The notes beneath the pieces are model-generated. The model made no database searches. It was not told the DNA's origin and saw only the letters and a list, made by a program, of their open reading frames with translations. DNA of 64,000 nucleotides, from the NCBI GenBank assembly GCA_040902505.1, contig JBBDXE010000032.1:494378-558377 (forward strand), given 5' to 3'. The position numbers and the translations under genes were made by a program. Of the stretch, positions 62,036-64,000 are shown in pieces (positions within the stretch are counted from its first letter, which is position 1; every line of letters begins with the position of its first letter). Source of the stretch: Dehalococcoidia bacterium (GTDB lineage Bacteria; Chloroflexota; Dehalococcoidia; DSTF01; JACRBR01).

Positions 62036-62064
62036 AGTATACGAAACACCGGACGGCTGGCGAA
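62036..62064 (-). promoter_or_regulatory. Probable native tRNA-Trp promoter, now upstream of the truncated 5' half
   Basis: Minus strand TTCGCC-N17-TATACT, 10 nt before tRNA +1. Confidence 0.55.
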
Positions 62065-62066
62065 AC

Positions 62067-62813
62067 TCAGCGGGCGGCCGATCGCCCGTGCGCGTCTACA
62101 ACGCGGCGCACTACGTCCGGAAAGTCGCTGCAGATGCTGTCGGCGCCTGCCGCTGCCATGCGGGCCATGTCCGCTTCATCGTCGACCGTCCACACCATGA
62201 ACGTCAGCGAGCGCAGCTGGCCCTGCCGCACCCGCTCCGGCGTCGCGCTCGCATAGTGGACGCTGACGCCCTGCGCGCCCAGTGAGAGCGCGAACGAGAA
62301 GAACTCATCCCAGTCGACGATGCTCCGGCCGTCGGTCAGCAGAGCCGCCGCCATCCGCGGCTCGACCTTCCGCATGCGCTCGACGTTCTGCGGCCAGAAC
62401 GAGTGCGTCTCACAGCTGGGGATGGCGTCCGCGTCGCGCACCACGGCCGCGATCTGCTCTTCGATCTCCGCCTGCTTGATCTCGATCTGCAGGAGCACCC
62501 GATCCTTCGTTAGCGCCAGCACCTCCGCCAGCGTCGGGATGCGTTCCCCCTGGAACTGCGGGACGAATTGCCGCGCGCCGGCATCAAGCGCCCGCACCAC
62601 GTCGAGCGTCATGCCGTGGACATCTCCGGAGCCGTCGGTCGTGCGGTCGACAGTCTTGTCATGCAGCAGGATCGGCACGCCGTCCGACGTGCAGTGGACG
62701 TCGATCTCGATCGCGTCTGCGCCGAGCGCGATCGCTCGCTGGATACCCGCCAGCGTATTCTCGGGCGCGTGCCCCTTGCACGCCGCGTGCGACGTCACCA
62801 GCGGACGTCTCAT
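62067..62813 (-). CDS. Glycerophosphodiester phosphodiesterase family protein
   Basis: PENTLA, IEIDVH..SDG...LHD.TVDRTT, IPTLAE, IEIK, WTVD. Confidence 0.9.
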   Translation of the reverse strand: MRRPLVTSHAACKGHAPENTLAGIQRAIALGADAIEIDVHCTSDGVPILLHDKTVDRTTDGSGDVHGMTLDVVRALDAGARQFVPQFQGERIPTLAEVLALTKDRVLLQIEIKQAEIEEQIAAVVRDADAIPSCETHSFWPQNVERMRKVEPRMAAALLTDGRSIVDWDEFFSFALSLGAQGVSVHYASATPERVRQGQLRSLTFMVWTVDDEADMARMAAAGADSICSDFPDVVRRVVDAHGRSAAR

Positions 62814-64000
62814 CGCGCGCTCCCCTCGCGCGGGACGAGTGCCAGCAGCGCATCGGCCAGGGTGAGGCCCGCACGGCGACCGAGGGACACCGACTCCTCG
62901 TAATTGTTGTTGCGACCGGTCATCCACTCGTCCTCCGGCACGAAGTATCCCAGCGTATCGTGCGCGAGCCCCAGGAAGAGCCGGTGCCGCGCTGTCAACG
63001 CCCCGCGAAGCGGAAGGCCGAGCCGCGTCAGCACCTCTCCCGGTGCCGCGAACGCTTCCACATCGTCGCCGATGCGCAGGTACCCCGCGTGAGTGAGCAC
63101 GGACGTCTTGCCATCGCGGTGCACGAGGCTGCGTTCTGACATCGACGCCAGCGCCGCCACCATCTGCGCCAGGTCGCGGCGGCCAGCAGCGTGCAGCGCG
63201 ACCGACGCGGCGTGCATCCCACCCGCCCTCGTGAGGACGCTCAGCGCGGGGCCCGCGCGCGCGACGGCAGCGTTGACGCGCTCCGACAGGCCTTCGATAT
63301 TCATTGGCACCTCCAGCGGCACGGTCCGCACGACGACGGCGCCCTCTACGGAATCCGCCGACGCAAGAGATGCGAGGGCGCGCTCCGCCACCGCCTCGCC
63401 GAGCGATTGCGCGGCCTCGAAGCCTCCGTCCCGCGCGGGACTCACGTCGCCGATGGCGCCGTTCATGTACAGCGCCACACCACCCACCGCCTGCTCGACC
63501 GCATCGACCGCGTAGCCGCACCAGTCGCGCGAAACTTGGACGTTCTCTCTCCCTGAGGCCGTTGGGTGACAGGCGTAGTTGATGATCGTGCCGATGGGCT
63601 CACCGCCCGGCGTGGCAAAGCGCAGCGACGTCAGGGTCTCGTCGGTCTCCGGCCAGCCCCGGCGGTTGCGCGTGACGCCCGCAAGCGATGTGGTGGCCGC
63701 GGACCCCCGGGCGGGCTTCATCGCCCCGTACGCCTCGACGATTGCTGAGACCGCACGCTGCGACAAATGCGTGCGATACGCCTCGCCCACGCCGCCCCAC
63801 AGCCCCTGCGTATCGGGGCTGGCGTGGCTGTGCGTGCAGGCGAGGATGATCGACTCCGGCGCCAGGCCGCTCATGCCTGCGGCATCCGTGCGGATCGCGG
63901 CGAGCAGCGGCCCGCTTGCGCCGACCAGATCCAGGGCTGCGAGCGCAAACGCGTTCGTACCGTCACTCACCGCCATGACGCGACACTGCGGGGCGTCATG
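62810..64000 (-). CDS. Neutral/alkaline ceramidase-like hydrolase (5'-truncated by window)
   Basis: HD...R, CTHSHASPD, NYACHP, NGAIGD, PGE, GYF..YEE; frame open to the window end. Confidence 0.8.
   Translation of the reverse strand, partial: HDAPQCRVMAVSDGTNAFALAALDLVGASGPLLAAIRTDAAGMSGLAPESIILACTHSHASPDTQGLWGGVGEAYRTHLSQRAVSAIVEAYGAMKPARGSAATTSLAGVTRNRRGWPETDETLTSLRFATPGGEPIGTIINYACHPTASGRENVQVSRDWCGYAVDAVEQAVGGVALYMNGAIGDVSPARDGGFEAAQSLGEAVAERALASLASADSVEGAVVVRTVPLEVPMNIEGLSERVNAAVARAGPALSVLTRAGGMHAASVALHAAGRRDLAQMVAALASMSERSLVHRDGKTSVLTHAGYLRIGDDVEAFAAPGEVLTRLGLPLRGALTARHRLFLGLAHDTLGYFVPEDEWMTGRNNNYEESVSLGRRAGLTLADALLALVPREGSAR

Noticed and set aside
1-64000. Many long overlapping ORFs (e.g. 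16588-19008 -, 42196-44166 +, 38409-39941 +, 5097-6668 -)
   Set aside because: Antisense or off-frame shadows of real genes in high-GC DNA; Arg/Pro/Gly-rich with no family motifs.
1-64000. CRISPR array, cas genes, rRNA, IS transposases
   Set aside because: No regularly spaced repeat-spacer pattern or recognisable genes seen.

Overview
GC-rich bacterial window. Tat-type family-5 binding protein, dockerin-bearing secreted proteins, F420-dependent LLM enzyme and a GAAC-N4-GTTC-like box suggest Chloroflexota/Dehalococcoidia; this is inference only. Left part: amine oxidase, FIST plus PAS-GGDEF-EAL, orphan ABC binding protein, and a 12-gene actinobacterial-type steroid side-chain catabolic operon (8.4-21.2 kb). 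Lone defence-like genes (HEPN, REase/MTase pair, AlbA_2) flank that operon, followed by small-acid catabolic genes and an OmpR-type two-component/PepSY module with visible binding repeats. Middle: dockerin protein, a ~2,420-aa ZU5/SpvB/BNR/RHS toxin split by one extra base in a G7 tract, a pentapeptide-repeat immunity candidate, and a decayed paralogous toxin-tip/immunity copy. Then an esterase, a 7TM-GGDEF-EAL gene and a ~2,500-aa mosaic surface protein. Right part is the most unusual. An intact tRNA-Trp has a displaced 3' half on one side and a displaced 5' half on the other, both broken at the anticodon loop, with mirror-symmetric att-like arms. The 3.9-kb int/xis element there also holds a densely base-paired ~250-300 nt non-coding segment. 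All calls come from motif recognition by eye; no searches or folding programs were run.
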